Shown here in pieces: positions 10,818-24,585 of a stretch of DNA of 64,000 nt. The DNA is taken from the NCBI GenBank assembly GCA_964016885.1, contig OZ024741.1, positions 143,282,001-143,346,000 on the forward strand, given 5' to 3'. How positions within the stretch are numbered: the first letter of the stretch is position 1; every line of letters begins with the position of its first letter. A program made the translations under genes and the position numbers. Source of the DNA: Eledone cirrhosa. Lineage: Eukaryota. A model generated the notes under the pieces. That model was not told the origin of the DNA and searched no databases. It saw nothing but the letters and a program-made list of their open reading frames with translations.

Positions 10818-11078
10818 ACATGTTTAAATAGAATACCTTTTAGACTCACTGTATGTGAGAACAGAAACAATTTCAACTTTTTTAGTTGACTTTCAGAGAG
10901 AGATGAAGCTTTCGAAATTTACTGTCTCCACCATTTACAAGTTTCTCTCCCTGTCTCTCTTTCAAATCAGTGTAATATTTTCCATTTTCCACAAATGTTT
11001 GAAAGTGTTTGCGAGTTTCTTCATTGCAGTAAATCTGATGTAAGTATATATTGTCACACAAAAATCGCCTAAAAAACA

Positions 11079-11088
11079 AATAAATAAA
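11079..11088 (+). terminator. Candidate polyadenylation signal of the tubulin gene
   Basis: Overlapping AATAAA hexamers about 260 nt after the stop codon. Confidence 0.5.
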
Positions 11089-11159
11089 TCTTACAATTTA
11101 TCACAGCATTTGGATGATTTGAAATTTGAAATGTTAGAATTTAAACAAAGAATCACTAT

Positions 11160-11405
11160 AAATGATAATAGCTATTTAAAAAATCAGGTAAAATACCTTT
11201 AGGGACTGGAAAAAGTGGCCAGCAGCCACTAAAGAAAATTGAATTCCTGCCAAGTGCATTACCATTACATCAAATGGCATCTAACAATTGAGATAAGGAC
11301 CGGCATTCAGGAGCTATGGAGTTCAATTTTTTGTAATGACTGCTAGCCACTGTTTCTTGTCCCTAAAGATATTTTATCCAATTTTCTAAGACTATTATTA
11401 TTTAT
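11160..11405. repeat. Degenerate inverted repeat (~90-bp arms)
   Basis: ctttagggac..agtggccagcagcc..aaaattgaattcc versus ggagttcaatttt..gactgctagccact..gtccctaaag. Confidence 0.6.
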
Positions 11406-11731
11406 AGCATTTCTGTGTTTGAATACCAATATTTGAAAAATAAATAAATTGAAGTGAAATCTAAGCAAGAATATAAATAAAAACAATTGATAATATATTC
11501 TGTTAATTTTAAATGTCAGACATTACAATTTCCTTGACAGTTGTATCTTACTGCTTTTTGTATCACAGAGGGATTATATGACAACTGCTGAGATGTTGAT
11601 GAGGATGATATTGATTAGCACCAGTATCAGCTCTGATCCAGCAGATCCATCTTTCTCTCTCTATACACACACACACACACATATATTTATATACATACAT
11701 AGATACACACACACACCACACACACACATAC

Positions 11732-11734
<3 letters not shown>

Positions 11735-11766
<32 letters not shown>

Positions 11767-12072
11767 TTTACGTCCGCTTTTCCCTGCTTGCAAGGGTGGG
11801 ACGGGAACTGATTCTGGCTTGATTTCTACAGCTGGATGCCCTTCCTAACACCAACCTCATTTACAGTGAGTGCTGGGTGCTTTTTTGCCGTGGCACCTCC
11901 ACGACCACTTTGCAGTGGAATGATATGGACCCCAGTCCCTATCATCTCATTTCTACAGCTGAGTAAACTGGAGCAATGTGAAATAAAGTGTCTTGCTCAA
12001 GGAAACAACACATCACCCGGTCTGAGAATTGAACTCACAACCTTTCGATTGCAAGGCCAATGCTCTAACCAC
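11735..12072 (-). mobile_element. tRNA-headed, CORE-like SINE with RTE-derived 3' tail
   Basis: The minus strand reads agtggttagagcattggcc..gagttcaattc (A/B boxes), ccttgagcaagacactt, then an RTE-type tail ending (gat)n. Near-identical copy at 56935-57200; partial copies at 56565-56620 and 58697-58820. Confidence 0.78.
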
Positions 12073-12089
12073 TATATATATATATATAT

Positions 12090-12230
12090 ATTTATTAAAA
12101 TAACATTAAAATAACAGATTAATCTGTTATTTTAATAAATTTTTGCTCTACGGTTCTTATATATTTGATATATATTTATCCTTATCGAGCCCTCTTTGGA
12201 TTTAGTCTTCAAATTTATTATTATTACTAT
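12090..12230 (+). mobile_element. Short Penelope-pLTR-like tail with 5' inverted piece
   Basis: Same sequence as 43320-43460 (minus). Both begin with the palindrome atttattaaaataacagatt/aatctgttattttaataaat and sit in (TA)n. Confidence 0.55.
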
Positions 12231-12242
12231 ATATATATATAT

Positions 12243-12864
12243 GGATTAGAAAGAAGCGAAGCCTGCATGCTCCGATGGATGTGTAATAGTAATATACGTG
12301 AACGGCAAAGCATAAATGAATTGAGAGAGAGACTGAGCATAAGAGGAATGAAATTCTGTGTGCAGGAGAGGCGGTTGCGTTGGTATGGACATGTGATGCG
12401 TATGAAGGATGACAGCTGCATAAAAAGGTGCAGAGTACTAGAAGTCAATGGAAACCGCGGAGTGAGAAGACCCATGAAGTCCTGGGATGAGGTGATAAAA
12501 GCCGACCTTACCCAATTACACCTCTCAAAGGCGATGACACATAACTGTGACCTCTGGCGTCATGCAGTAATACAGAAGACCCGACCCTCCCACGGGTACA
12601 AGCCGAAGCTGAAGCATATAGACAATATGCCCCCACACCCTTCCACTGCAAAGTGGACGTGTAGGCGACAAGGAAAAAAGCACCCAGCACTCACTGTAAA
12701 TGAGGTTGGTGTTAAAAAGGCATCCAGCTGTAGAAATCAAGCCAGTATCAGCTCCCGTATGAGCAAGGCATGGTCAGCCGACCGGACACTGCTCACAACA
12801 GGACAAACCGTCTAACCCATGGTAGCGTGGAATAACGGACGTAAAACTGTGATGATGATGATGA

Positions 12865-12867
<3 letters not shown>
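12243..12867 (+). mobile_element. 5'-truncated RTE LINE
   Basis: LERSEACMLRWMC...[12 protein letters not shown]...RPMKSW followed by 3' UTR and (gat)n tail. Confidence 0.88.
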
Positions 12868-12909
<42 letters not shown>

Positions 12910-12912
<3 letters not shown>

Positions 12913-14680
12913 CGTTTCTGAATTTGTTTAGCAAGATTCTTTATCTGAAATCGTGTGTTGAAACCGATATTGTTATACTTTGGGAGGGTCATGTTGCCAA
13001 TAAGAAACACACGCACCAGTTGCTTTCACTTCAATTTATTATAATAAATTTATAATAAATTTATAAATTTCTGGTTGGTTGGTTGGTTCCACAACCAGAT
13101 AGTTGTTTATATATTGTCATAGTTCTTTCGTCACACACTCTGTGACCTCTTCAGTGACTGGGGATTCCTTTCTTTGTTTCTGTGCCTCTCCTTTGTTCTG
13201 TCCTACGCCATTTTGTTTCTGCGTGTGTGTTGTGTGCTCAGTCTGCGCATGCGCCACATCCGGGTGTCTGTGTGTGTTTATGTTCATTTATTTATTTGTT
13301 TATTTATGTGTTACTGGTTGGTTGTTTGTTCTATGTGTGTGTGTGTTTTTATTTTGTCCTTAATTGTAAGTTGTGATGTTGCTGTTCCACTCATATTTTC
13401 TATTTAATTTTGGTTGTAATTCTTTTATGTTTATTGCCTCTGTGATTTGTCTAAACATTGCGTCTTTTCTGTGTGTAGATTCTATTTTTATTTCTATGTT
13501 CTCTAATTTACCCTTGTGTTCTATTTTAGCATGTTGGTAGAGTACAGATGATTCTTTACTATCTTGAAGGTCTCGCCAGTGTTCATTTATCCATTCCCCT
13601 ACACTACGAGCTGTCTCACCTATGTACACTATATTTTTGTCTCTACATTGTCCTTCAGTACATCTTATGCTATACACTACATTTCTAGTTTTACAGTTAA
13701 TATGGGGGCTTATTTTACAGGTTATACATTTCTTATCTATACATGAGGGTCTTTGAAAAGGGTATGTCTTGCTAATAAGTGTTTTTACGGAGGTACCTGG
13801 TCTTTCTACTATCTTAATATTGAGTTTATGTTTATCTAGGGCCCTTCTAAATTTGTAAGCTAATTCACCTCTAGGGGTTGTATCGATGAACATTACACTC
13901 TGGTATTTATTGCTATCGTACCATGAGTTTATTCTATTAGCCTTGTTCCTAGTTCTTTCTATTCTATTCCAAAATTTGCTCCTATACAAGGGGCAGGTCC
14001 TATTTATGTCACTATTTACCATTTTTTTCCCATTTGGTTCTGGCTCCTCTATACACTCTGATTTTATCTCTCTGATTGTAGCCAGAGAACTGCATATGGT
14101 GGATGAAGTGTTGTATGTGTCTCTCTAGTTCTTCGGGGTTGTACATGCGGGACACGTTTCTCATCACCCGTACCAAATCCGCAATCAGTATGTTGATTTT
14201 GGTATGGTCCGAAACGGCCGAGTTTCGGTGGATCAGATGTTTGGAAGTCATGGGTTTGGCATAATGGGAATGGAGGATTTGTTTTTTGTTATTTATGGTA
14301 TCTAACCAGAGCTCTGTGTCTAGTACAGGTAATCGATGGTTGGGGTGTTTACTTGGGTAGTCTATAGTAACTCTAATGCTCTGGTGGATGGAGTTAGCTA
14401 TTTGCTGGATGCTTTCCATTGTGTTTTTCTCTAGTTCCTGACTGTTCTCTAGTGGGGGTGTCTTAACTACGATGTTTATATCATCAACGTAGCGGGAGTA
14501 CATTATCAGGGTTAAGGGGTCTTCTAATTGTTCTTTAAGTTTAAGTTTAAGTCTACTGTCCCACCATACCATGAATAAGTTAGCTATGTCGCCTGCAATG
14601 CTAACACCAATGGCTGCTCCTTCTTCTTGGGCATATGTTTTTCCATTAAATTTGAACATATGTTCCTTAAGGGATAAAAC
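12910..14680 (-). mobile_element. 5'-truncated Penelope-like element (RT C-terminus, GIY-YIG endonuclease, pLTR with HHR)
   Basis: ORF 14012-14659 has G.AIG.SIAGDIANLFM, RYVDD and LPVLD. Frameshifted ORF 13360-14022 has CKTRNVVYSIRC...YIGET.R...EH and EAINIKELQPKLN. Confidence 0.93.
13116..13158 (-). ncRNA. Hammerhead ribozyme in the Penelope pLTR (family D)
   Basis: Minus strand gtca-CTGAAGA-gGTCACagagtgtGTGAC-GAAA-gaac-TA-tgac. Confidence 0.85.
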
Positions 14681-14717
14681 TAACCCTTAAGGGATAAAAC
14701 TAACCCTTAAGGAACAT

Positions 14718-17349
14718 ATGGAATTCTGTGACGCTAAAAACCTAACTATCTGTAATACAAACTTCAAAAAACGAGACAATCACTTGATCACCTATAGATC
14801 AGGGGAACATGCCAGCCAGATAGATTATATCTTTACTAGAAGACGTGACAGAGTGTCTGTTGTAAACACTAAGTCCCTCCCCCATGAAGAATGCACTTTC
14901 CAACATAGCCAAGTAGTTAGTGACTTTATAGTCAGGACTAGATGTACTCGATGACAGAGGAGGACTACCTTGAGGAGAAGAATATAGAAGTTGAAGGTTG
15001 AAGGACCCCACAGCCAGTGACAAATTTAAAAGCTTATTACTTGATGCTTTTGACATTAAGGAAGAGCAATTAGAGACGTACAATATAGAGGAACAGTGGG
15101 AATTTTTAAAAGTTAACCTGCTGAAGGCAATGGATGAAATCTGTGGCTGGAGCAGACCTATAGGCAGGAGGAGAGTAACTTAGTGGTGGAATAGTAAGGT
15201 GGAAGAATCAATCAAGGCCAAAAAGCAGGCCTGGAAAGTATGGCCAGGGGAGAAGCTAGGAGACAAGTGTACCTTGCAAGAAGGGAAGCAGAGGATAGAA
15301 AGTTCAAGTATGTTCTTCAATGCAGGGACCAAAAACTTGAGGTGTTCAGGATTGCAAGACAATGTGTGAAGGAAAACCATGATATTGTCGGGGAGAAGTG
15401 TGACCATAATGATGATGGTGTACTTGCCCTCACTGATACTGATAAGAAGGTAGCTTGGAAGTGTCACTACGAGAGACTACTAAATGAGGAGAATAAATGG
15501 GAAAAAGATAGTCTGCCCCAAATCGATCCAATAGAGGGACCAGCGGTGCAAGTTAGTGGTTGTATAATAAGTAAGGCAATCAAAGATATGAAGACAAGCA
15601 AGGTGGCTGGGCCTTCGGAGATAGTTGCTGAGATGTTGAAAGCATCTGGAATTATGGGACATACTAAGGTCACCTGGATAGTAAACCAAATAATACAGAA
15701 TGGGGTCATACTAAAGGACTGGTGTAGCAGCATCATCGTTAATTGCTACAAGGGTAAAGGGGATGCTCTAGATAGGGGAAACTATAGAGGTATTAAGTTA
15801 GTTGACCAGGTCATGAAGGTCACAGAAAGAGTTATAGCACAACTAATCAGAGATCGAATTGATCTAGATGAAATGCAGTTTGGGTTTGTGTCAGGTAAAA
15901 GTACCACAGATGCTCTTTTCCTTGTACGACAACTACAGAAGAAGTACCTAGCTAAAAGTAAAGCCCTCTACTTAACTTTTATTGACTTGGAGAAAGCCTT
16001 TGACAGAGTCCCACACTGCATTATCTGGTGGGCCCTTAGAAAGCTAGGAGTAGATGAATGGCTTGTGAGAGCTATACAAGCCATGTATAAAGATACAGTC
16101 AGTAACAATGAATATAGTGAAAAATTTAGCATAAAAGTCAGTGTTCATCAAGGCTCTGTCCTTAACCCCCTTCTGTTTGTTATTGCCCTTCAGATTATAA
16201 CAGAGGAGTTTAAGACTGGCTGCCCATGGGAACTCCTATATGCAGATGATCTAACGCTCATAGCTGAATCTATGGCTGAACTAGAGAAGAAATTCCAAAC
16301 ATGGAAGCATGGCCTAGAATCAAAAGGCCTTAAAGTTAACTTGTCTAAGACTAAAGTTCTAGTATGTAGAAAGGAAAATAGGGCACAGGTGCCCTCTCGG
16401 AAATGGCCATGCTCAGTATGTAGGAAAGGAGTAGGCAGAAATTCCATTCTATGTCCCAAATGCAAACTATGGGTACATAAAAGATGTAGTAGGATCACAG
16501 GTAAACTATCTAAGAACGTAGATTTTATATGTGGCCGATGCTTAGGTGCAATAAGTAGCAAGTGCCCACAAGATACTAGCTTCTTCTATTGCCCAGATGG
16601 TTCTATAGAAATAGTGGACACTTTCCGTTACCTGGGTGATAAAATCAGCAGTGGTGGAGGGTGTTCTGAAAGAAGAGTAGCCAGAGTTAGAACGGGATGG
16701 AAAAAGTTCAGAGAGCTTATACCGCTGTTGGCCACAAAAGGTTTCTCTCTGAAAATGAAAAGCAGATTGTATGATGCTTGTATACGAACAGCAATGTTAC
16801 ATGGCAGTGAGAGATGGGCTTGTGTGCAGAGGACCAGCGCAGACTGGACAGGAACGAAGCATGCATGCTCCGTTGGATGTGTAATACACGAACGGCAAAA
16901 CATAAAAGAACTAAGTGAGAAATTAGGAATAAGAGGGATCAGATGCTGTTTACTCAAGAGAAGATTACATTGGTACGGTCACGTGATGCGCATGAAAGAT
17001 GACAACTGTATAAAAAAGTACCTTGCACCTCTCTAAAACAATATCACTGGATCGAGATCTTTGGCACCACGCAGTATTACAGAGGACCCACCTTCCCTAC
17101 GTACAAACAAGTGTCACGACAAGGTGTCACGACAAAAAAAAACTCCATGCTGTAATGTGGTCGTGTAGGTAACACAGTAAAAAGTTCCCAGTCCACACTG
17201 TAAATGTGGTTGGTGTTAGGAAGGGCATCCAGCTATAGAAAACCTGCCAGATAGTCCTATACGAGCGAGACACGGTCACCCGACTAATCTTGTTTCAAGT
17301 GGGACAATTTCCGTCTAACCCATGCTAGCGTGGAAGAGGGACGTTAAAC
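14718..17349 (+). mobile_element. RTE-clade LINE (APE C-terminus plus RT with PHD-like Zn-finger insertion), disrupted
   Basis: SQIDYI (APE), NYRGIKL, QFGF, DLEKAFD, QGSVLNP, YADD and FRYLG motifs; C4HC3 cluster; RTE 3' tail; stops and frameshifts. Confidence 0.95.
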
Positions 17350-17863
17350 ATATATATATATATACATATCCTCAACTACATTAACAAATGTGTCTTTCCC
17401 TTTCTGTTTTAAAGATGGTAAAAGTTAAAGGTTGAGGGGTGTTTGGTTGCTGTTTCTAGCAGGTCAAGTTTCCATTATTGGTAAAAGTAGATTTGGTTGG
17501 TGTGCAAGACTAGTTAGCAATTTGGATTGATATTTTTTTTATTACACATTCATCAGAGCATGTTTACCCCATGCACGCACGCACACACACACGCACATAC
17601 ATTTGAAATGTTGGAATCCAAATTCAGAAATCACTAGAGAAAACTCTCTCTTGAATTCCAGCTCAGAATTCAAAAGACATAGAGTTTGATTCTCTGTAGT
17701 GGTTGTTGGCCATTATTTTCTGTTAGTAAATGTATTTTATCCAATTTACTAAGGTTATTATTTATAGTGATTTCTGCATTTGGATTCCAGCATATAAAAT
17801 TTCAAATCACTCAAGCAAATACCTTGATAAATCATTCTATCTAACTATCTATCTTTCCAACCC

Positions 17864-18985
17864 CTTGTATTTGTCCCCTTCTTTTGTGCCCCTGTGGCTA
17901 ATAAAGAAACATATCTATCTTTCCAACCGGGGTGGGCACCGTTTGTGAGACAGGCTTTCCCACAGCTTGTCTCGCTGACGGAGCTGCAGTCCTGGGTGAA
18001 GAAAAGACCGAAAACGATGGGCGCCTGGCACATTGAATGCGCTCAGGCGCTCACAGTCCTCTGGCAAGCGGGCGCAGCAATCAGTGGAGACTCCACTTCG
18101 ACATTCTATAGAGGGATTGTACGTTACAAAGGTGACGACGTGCTCGGAGAGACTCTGGGCGTCGAAGACGATGAGCTCACCAGTCTGTTTGGTAGGACTT
18201 TCCGCCCGGGACCTATGGACAACTTCCAAAGGTTCCTGGCCTGGCAGTGCTACTGAGGAGCTCTACCTGTTCGTGACAAGATCTACAGGCACGGACGCCC
18301 CGACAGGGATCCTTCCAAGAGGACGTGTCCAAGATGCGCGCAGCACATTGAAACAGTCCTGCACGCAATTGTACACTGCCCGGGCGTAACCGACCTGTGG
18401 AACTATGCAGAACAACTGCTGTCGCGTATGGGACAAATCCAGTTGACTGCAGAGTCTATAGTAAGGATCAAACCGCCAGCCTCTTTCAAAAACGAAAGAG
18501 AGGCGGTTTTCCTCTGTACGGTGGCTATGGTGAAAGAAGTTATATGGTGGACGAGGTTGAGAGGACTGAGGACAGATGCCTTTCTCTCCGGACAACAATT
18601 GATTCCCTTCTTTAAGTATCACTTTAGAAGGAGAATCAGGGTGGAGAGAGAGGCACTGCACCCCAGTAAATTTACTGCAAGGTGGGTGAATGAAGCGAAA
18701 ATGGCCCGAGTGATTGGGCCTTCTCTGTTTATAAGCCTGTAGGTTGAGAAAGAGAGCAAAAGGAAGAAAGGAGCACTTGCACAACACGCTCCTGGAGTTG
18801 AGGGTTGTTCTATCGACGGGATATTAAACAACCCATTTGTGGTGCCTTCCCCTATTGGGGATTTCGATTGTTGTAATTGTTTGTTTTTATATTTTTTACA
18901 CGACTGTATATAAAATCCCCGGCATGTCTTTGTATTGTCCCCTTTTCTTGTGTGCCCTTGTGGTTAATAAAGAAATATATCTATC
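17864..18985 (+). mobile_element. Two tandem 5'-truncated copies of the Tx1/L1-like element (17864-17918 and about 17924-18985)
   Basis: Near-identical to about 23515-24585; each ends aataaagaaa(c/t)atatctatc. Confidence 0.88.
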
Positions 18986-21900
18986 ATCATGAAGTTGTGT
19001 GCCAGTCGCGCTGGTAAGTTTTTTTCTTTTTACTTATAAAAAACAAAAATTATTGTTTTAAAAAATATACCACTGTATAGATTGACCCTCCGACTAAATT
19101 GTCAATGGATGGGTCATTGAAATTTTCGCCCCTTGGGGGCGTAATTTAATTTTCATAAAAATTTATAATAAATTGTTTTAACTATGAATGATAAAATTGA
19201 AGCGCTTCCCGCCATAAGTGGAAATGGGAGCGTTGAAATGAATGTCACTATAGCAACAGGTAGTGACCGAGATAAATCACACCAAAACAAAAGTATGGAA
19301 ACACATACGGCACAAAAAATATTGAACAAGAAAAAAACACAACTTCACAAATGAACTCCACAACCACAAATCAAGCAATTGAGAACAACAAAAACAACAA
19401 CAACAACAGCAACCATAAAAAATCTTTTGCCACAATAAGCAAAGGAACTTTTACAAATATTGTTATTTCCAATGCGAAGGAAATGATCAATGAAGGAAAA
19501 AAATATATTACCTTCGAGGAAAAAGGGGGATTTAAAATAATCTCTCCGCCACAACTCAAAGCCGACACTATGCGAAGGACTGTGATTTTTCGCACGATTT
19601 TGAACAAACAAAAAAAAACGACTTTCCTTACTCAAGGCGAAATTGAAATCGTCTTGAAATACACTACATACAAAGGGCTAAACTGTATGGAAGCATTTCG
19701 GTGCTCTTCAAAAGTGAGGCCCTTGCGAAAAAATACTCAGTGACCCCGGTCACCTCTGCCACACACATCTTTTTCCCTACATGGGAAAAAGTACACAAAG
19801 AATAAACATCACCAATATACCACCCAACATTAACATCTGGTGGATTCTGGCAGGGTTCTTGGAGGAAGATGAAGACACAATACTGTCGATTCAAAAATCC
19901 ACAAGAAACACCTGGGACGGCACAAGCTTGGAAATTTTGGTCCAATTGAAACCAGACAGAATTTCCAAGATACCAGAAAGGGTGCCAGTAGACAATACCA
20001 ATTACATCCACATTTTGGCAGATGTAAGAAGGCCACATTGTTTTAAATGCGCGAGCACATCGCATTTAAAGGCCTCCTGTCCCCTCTTACAAACAAACAC
20101 CACCACCCCCCAAAAAGTACTTTTACCAACATCAACTCCAAAACCACAACAACAACAACACATAAAACAAGCAAACACGCAAAAAACAAACAACTGTTCA
20201 ACCACAAACAACAGAAAAAACACAAACAATTCCCCTGAAAAACACAGTCCCACTCCATCCAACACTACCACAATCACACACACAAACACACCATCACGAC
20301 ACAACATACCCCTCGCACACGCTCCTGATGACGATTCATCACCAGACGAGGCTACTTCTCCATCCCCAAGTGAAGATGAAGGAGAGCCTCGTAAATCAAA
20401 AAAATCAAAAAAAGAGACACCACAAAGCCACAAAAACAACAATCACCAACACAAACACACAACCACCAACACAAATAACAACACAAACACCACCACAATC
20501 AACCCCCTGCCCCTACCAGCAAAACAAACACCAACACCACCCCAAACACAAATGCCCACCATAAAAAGAAAACTACAAAATGAACAACAAACCAAAACAA
20601 CACAACAAAAAAACAAACAACAATACACATACATTAACACAAACAACAAAAACCTAATGGAGGTCATCTCCCAAGACCCCAAAGTAGAAATTGAGGGGGA
20701 AACTTTTGTAAAAGCAAACTCTCAACCACACCTAAAACTGATAAGAGTTTCGATAGAGACCTATCAGACATTGAAAGAAAAGTTTTCACAGGTCGTTGGC
20801 AACCACTGCCAAAAACCAATAAACCGTGTCCTGTTGAAATGTTTCCCCACCCCACTCAACACCCCCACCAGAACTGAAATGGAGATTAAACAACCCGATC
20901 TCCAGGAAACGAAAAGGTAAGTGCACCTTTTCGTCCTTTTTGCCAACCCTTCTCCACCAACCTGGCTGACTTACGAGTTGGAAGCGTGAATGCCCTGGAA
21001 ACAGGGCCAACTTTTAAACGACCTTAGGTCACATGGTATAGATGTAATAGCCATCACCGAGTCCAGGAACCACAACAGGCAGCAACTAACCCCTATCTTC
21101 AATGACTTTGAGATCTACGCATCTCTCTGTCAGCCGGGAGGTGGAGGGGGAGTCCAAGTGTACTTGCTGTACTTCGAGATCCAGGTTTCGGAAAAACCTG
21201 GATCTCGAAGTACAGCAAGTACACTTGGACCCGGAGGGTAGACTGATAGTCCTAGACGTGAACAGTATTGGAGGTGGAGCCTTCAGACTGGTGGCCGTTT
21301 ATGCCCCGACCGGGCAATCACAATCGTGGCCAGACTTCTTTAAGCGTCTGGAGTCTTTTCTGGGAATGTCTCGCTCCTTGCTTTTAGTGGGGGACTGGAA
21401 TGGTATCCTAGATGCACGATGGGACTATGTGGGAGCATGTCCCAGTAGAGCGGGGTGCAACAGCCTCAAAAATCTAATTGGCCAATTCCAACTGGCCGAT
21501 AGATATCGACTAGATTTCCCGACTGCACCACAGTGGACGTGGGCAAACCGCAGCGGGACATCGAGATCATATCTAGATAGGTTTTTCATTAGAGAAAAGG
21601 ACAAGAAGAGGTTAAGCTGTTCACAAATGCACATGGTTGCCTATTCAGGTCACAAACTAGTCGTCTGTATAGTCAACCGTGATAGAATACATAGACAAGG
21701 ACCCGGATACTGGAAGCTGAACGTGTCGTTGCCGGCACGAAAAGCCTACAGTGAACGGATAAGTAGATTAGTTAAGCAAGAGTTGACGGGAGCCATCGTC
21801 AACAATAGATGGCGGTACTCTCTCAAGAGAGCAATTAGAGTAGAATCGATAGGGTTTAGCAGAGAATTAGCTTTAGAGAAAAACAAATCAGAAACAGAAC

Positions 21901-24585
21901 TAGTAGCCAAAGTAGAAGAGGCGCTTAGGAGTGGCAACGCAGCTAGAGTGCTAGCGTCGAGAACGGCACTGGACCAGTGTTTCAACGCAAAACACGAAGG
22001 CTGCGTGGTCAGAAGTAAATCACGTGCTCTAGGAAACGAGGGAGCAAAAGCTGTTAGCTGGGTCCGAGTGGCAGAAGCGAAAAGTGGCAACAAGTCCACG
22101 ATTCGGTCTTTTGCTACTTGACCCCAGGCAGATGTGCATGGCCTTTCAGCGGCACTTTGCATGACTGTTTGAGCAGAACGACGGGGCAATGGACTTTGGT
22201 TCATACCTCGACGGTCTGATGCGTCTCTTGAGCATGGACACCGAGTTCTGCGAAAAACCGATCGCAGCCACTGAGATACGGGACGCTCTGAGCCGCTGCG
22301 GGAAATGCAAATCACCCGGTCTAGATGGTCTACCCTATGAGTTTTACATAGGCATGCTGGACTTGTTCTCTGGCTTCTTCGAAGCCGTCTACTGCAATTG
22401 GCAGCAGAACGGAACAATTCCCAGTTCTGCAGGCAAGGGCGTAGTAACGCTGATCAGGAAAGACGAGAACAAGGGGGACGAAATAAACAATTTCAGGCCC
22501 ATAACTCTGCTCAACACAGAGTTAAAGATTTTGGCCAAGGTGCTAGCAACGAGGGTGGGACATGTCGTCGAAAACCTGGTAGGGAAAGCGCAAACGTGTG
22601 CAATCCCGACCAGGTCCATACACGACAACCTCCACCTCATGCGATACATCATAGAGAGGGTGGGGTGTAAACCCGGCTTCGGTGGGGCTCTGATCAATTT
22701 AGAGCAGTCTAAGGCATTCGATAGGGTCGACTATCGATACTTAGAAGCGATTGTCAAGGCGGCCGGTTTCGGTCCCATTTTCAGAGGCTGGATCAAGGCA
22801 GTGCACACCAACATCTGCTCGAAGGTCAAGGTGAACGGCTACCTATCAGAGCCATTCGCAATCATGCGTTCCATTCGACAGGGATGCCCTCTCTCCTCCA
22901 TTCTGTATGTATTGACTCTAGAGCCACTACTGCGGAAGTTGGAGCTTTTGCAGGGCATCCCTTTAGAACTGGGACTGTGAAAAGTGGCGTCGGCTTATGC
23001 CGACGATGTGACGGTAATGGTGTCGAAAACCTCGGAAATCGGCAACCTACTACAGGTTCACAAGAGCAAAACTGAACCCGGACAAGTCTGTCGGTTTGCA
23101 ACTCGGAACGTGGAGAGGCAAACCGATGTCGTCCGACACTGGATGGAAGGACCGGTGAAATTGCTCGGGATCTGGTTTGGTCCAAACCTCCAGATGGAAA
23201 AAACCTGGAACGAGGTCATGGCCAAGGTATTTGCGCTCACCCAGAAGTGGGCAGAGTGCAAACTGTCTTTGAAAGGTCGAGCGGAGGTGGCGAACACTTT
23301 CATAGCGTTCGTCATCTACTACCGCTTGACTGTTGTGCCTTGTCCCCGTGAATACCTCACCAAGATGGAACGCATGCTCTTCCAGTTCTTGTGGAAGAAG
23401 CAGGCTCCACTGGTGATGAGATCCGTCTGCTGCCAGCACCCTTCCAATGGAGGGCTGGGCATGCCGTGGCTAATGATGCGCTGAGGCTATGGTATCTTCA
23501 GGTAATCCTCACCGACCAACCGGTGTGGGCACCGTTTGTGAGACAGGCCTTCCCACAACTAGTCTTGTTGACGGAACTGCAGTCCTGGGTCAAGCGAAGA
23601 CTGAAGAAGATGGGCGCCTGGCACATTGAATGCGCCCAGGTGCTCACAGTCCTCTGTCAAGCGGGCACAGCAATCAGTGGAGACTCCACTTCGACATTCT
23701 ATAGAGGGTTAGTACTTTACAAGTGCGACGACATGCTCAGGGAGACTCTAGGCGTCGAAGACAACGAGCTCACCAGTCTGTTCGGTAGGACTTTCCGCCC
23801 GACACCTATGGACAACTTCCAGAGATCTCTGGCCTGGCAGTGCTACTGAGGAGCTCTACCTGTTCGAGATAAGATTTAAAGGCACGGACGCCTCGGCAGG
23901 GTTCCTTCCAAGAGGACGTGTCCAAGGTGCGAGCAGGACATTGAAACCGTCTTGCACGCAATTGTACACTGCCCGGGCGTAAGCGACCTGTGGAACTATG
24001 CAGAACAATTGCTGTCGCATATGGGACAAATCCAGTTGACTGCCAAGTCCATAGTAAGGATCAAACCGCCAGCCTCTTTCAAAAATGAAAGAGAAGCAGT
24101 TTCCATGTGTACAGTGGTTATGGTGAAAGAGGTTATATGGTGGACGAGATTGAGAGGACTGAGGACAGATGCCTTTCTCTCCGGACAACAATTGATTCCC
24201 TTCTTTAAATATCACTTTAGAAGAAGAGTCAGAGTGGAGAGAGAGGCACTGCACCCCAGTAAATTTACTGAAAGGTGCATGAATGAAGCGAAAATGGCCC
24301 GAGTGATTGGGGCTTCTCTGTTTATAAGCCTGTAGGTTAAAGAAGAGAGCAAAAGGAAGAAGGGAGCACTTGCACAACGCGCTCCTGAAGTTGAGGGTTG
24401 TTCTATCGACGGGGTATTAAACAACCCATTTGTCGCGTCTCCCCCCTATTGGGGATTTCGATTGTTATAATTGTTTGTTTTATACTTTTTTTTACACGAC
24501 TGTATGTAAAATCTCCGGCATGTGTCTTTGTATTGTCCCCTTTTCTTGTGCGCCCTTGTGGCAAATAAAGAAATATATCTATCTA
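18986..24585 (+). mobile_element. Near full-length Tx1-type (L1 group) non-LTR retrotransposon, ORF1 and ORF2 disrupted
   Basis: ORF1 has a CCHC knuckle CFKCASTSHLKASC. ORF2 has APE (AITES, VYAP, GDWN, SYLDRF, GYWKLN), RT (SPGLDGLP, FRPITLLN, KAFDRV, RQGCPLS, AYADD) and C-terminal CPRC...H..VHC. Confidence 0.93.

Noticed and set aside
12020-12072. tRNA gene
   Set aside because: The A/B boxes belong to a SINE head; no complete cloverleaf.
14665-14712. taaccc/ttaaggg as telomeric repeats
   Set aside because: Not a TTAGGG array; it is the duplicated Penelope/RTE junction.
15467-16957. Antisense ORFs over RTE, Tx1 and Penelope coding regions
   Set aside because: Shadow ORFs opposite real TE coding frames; no independent support.
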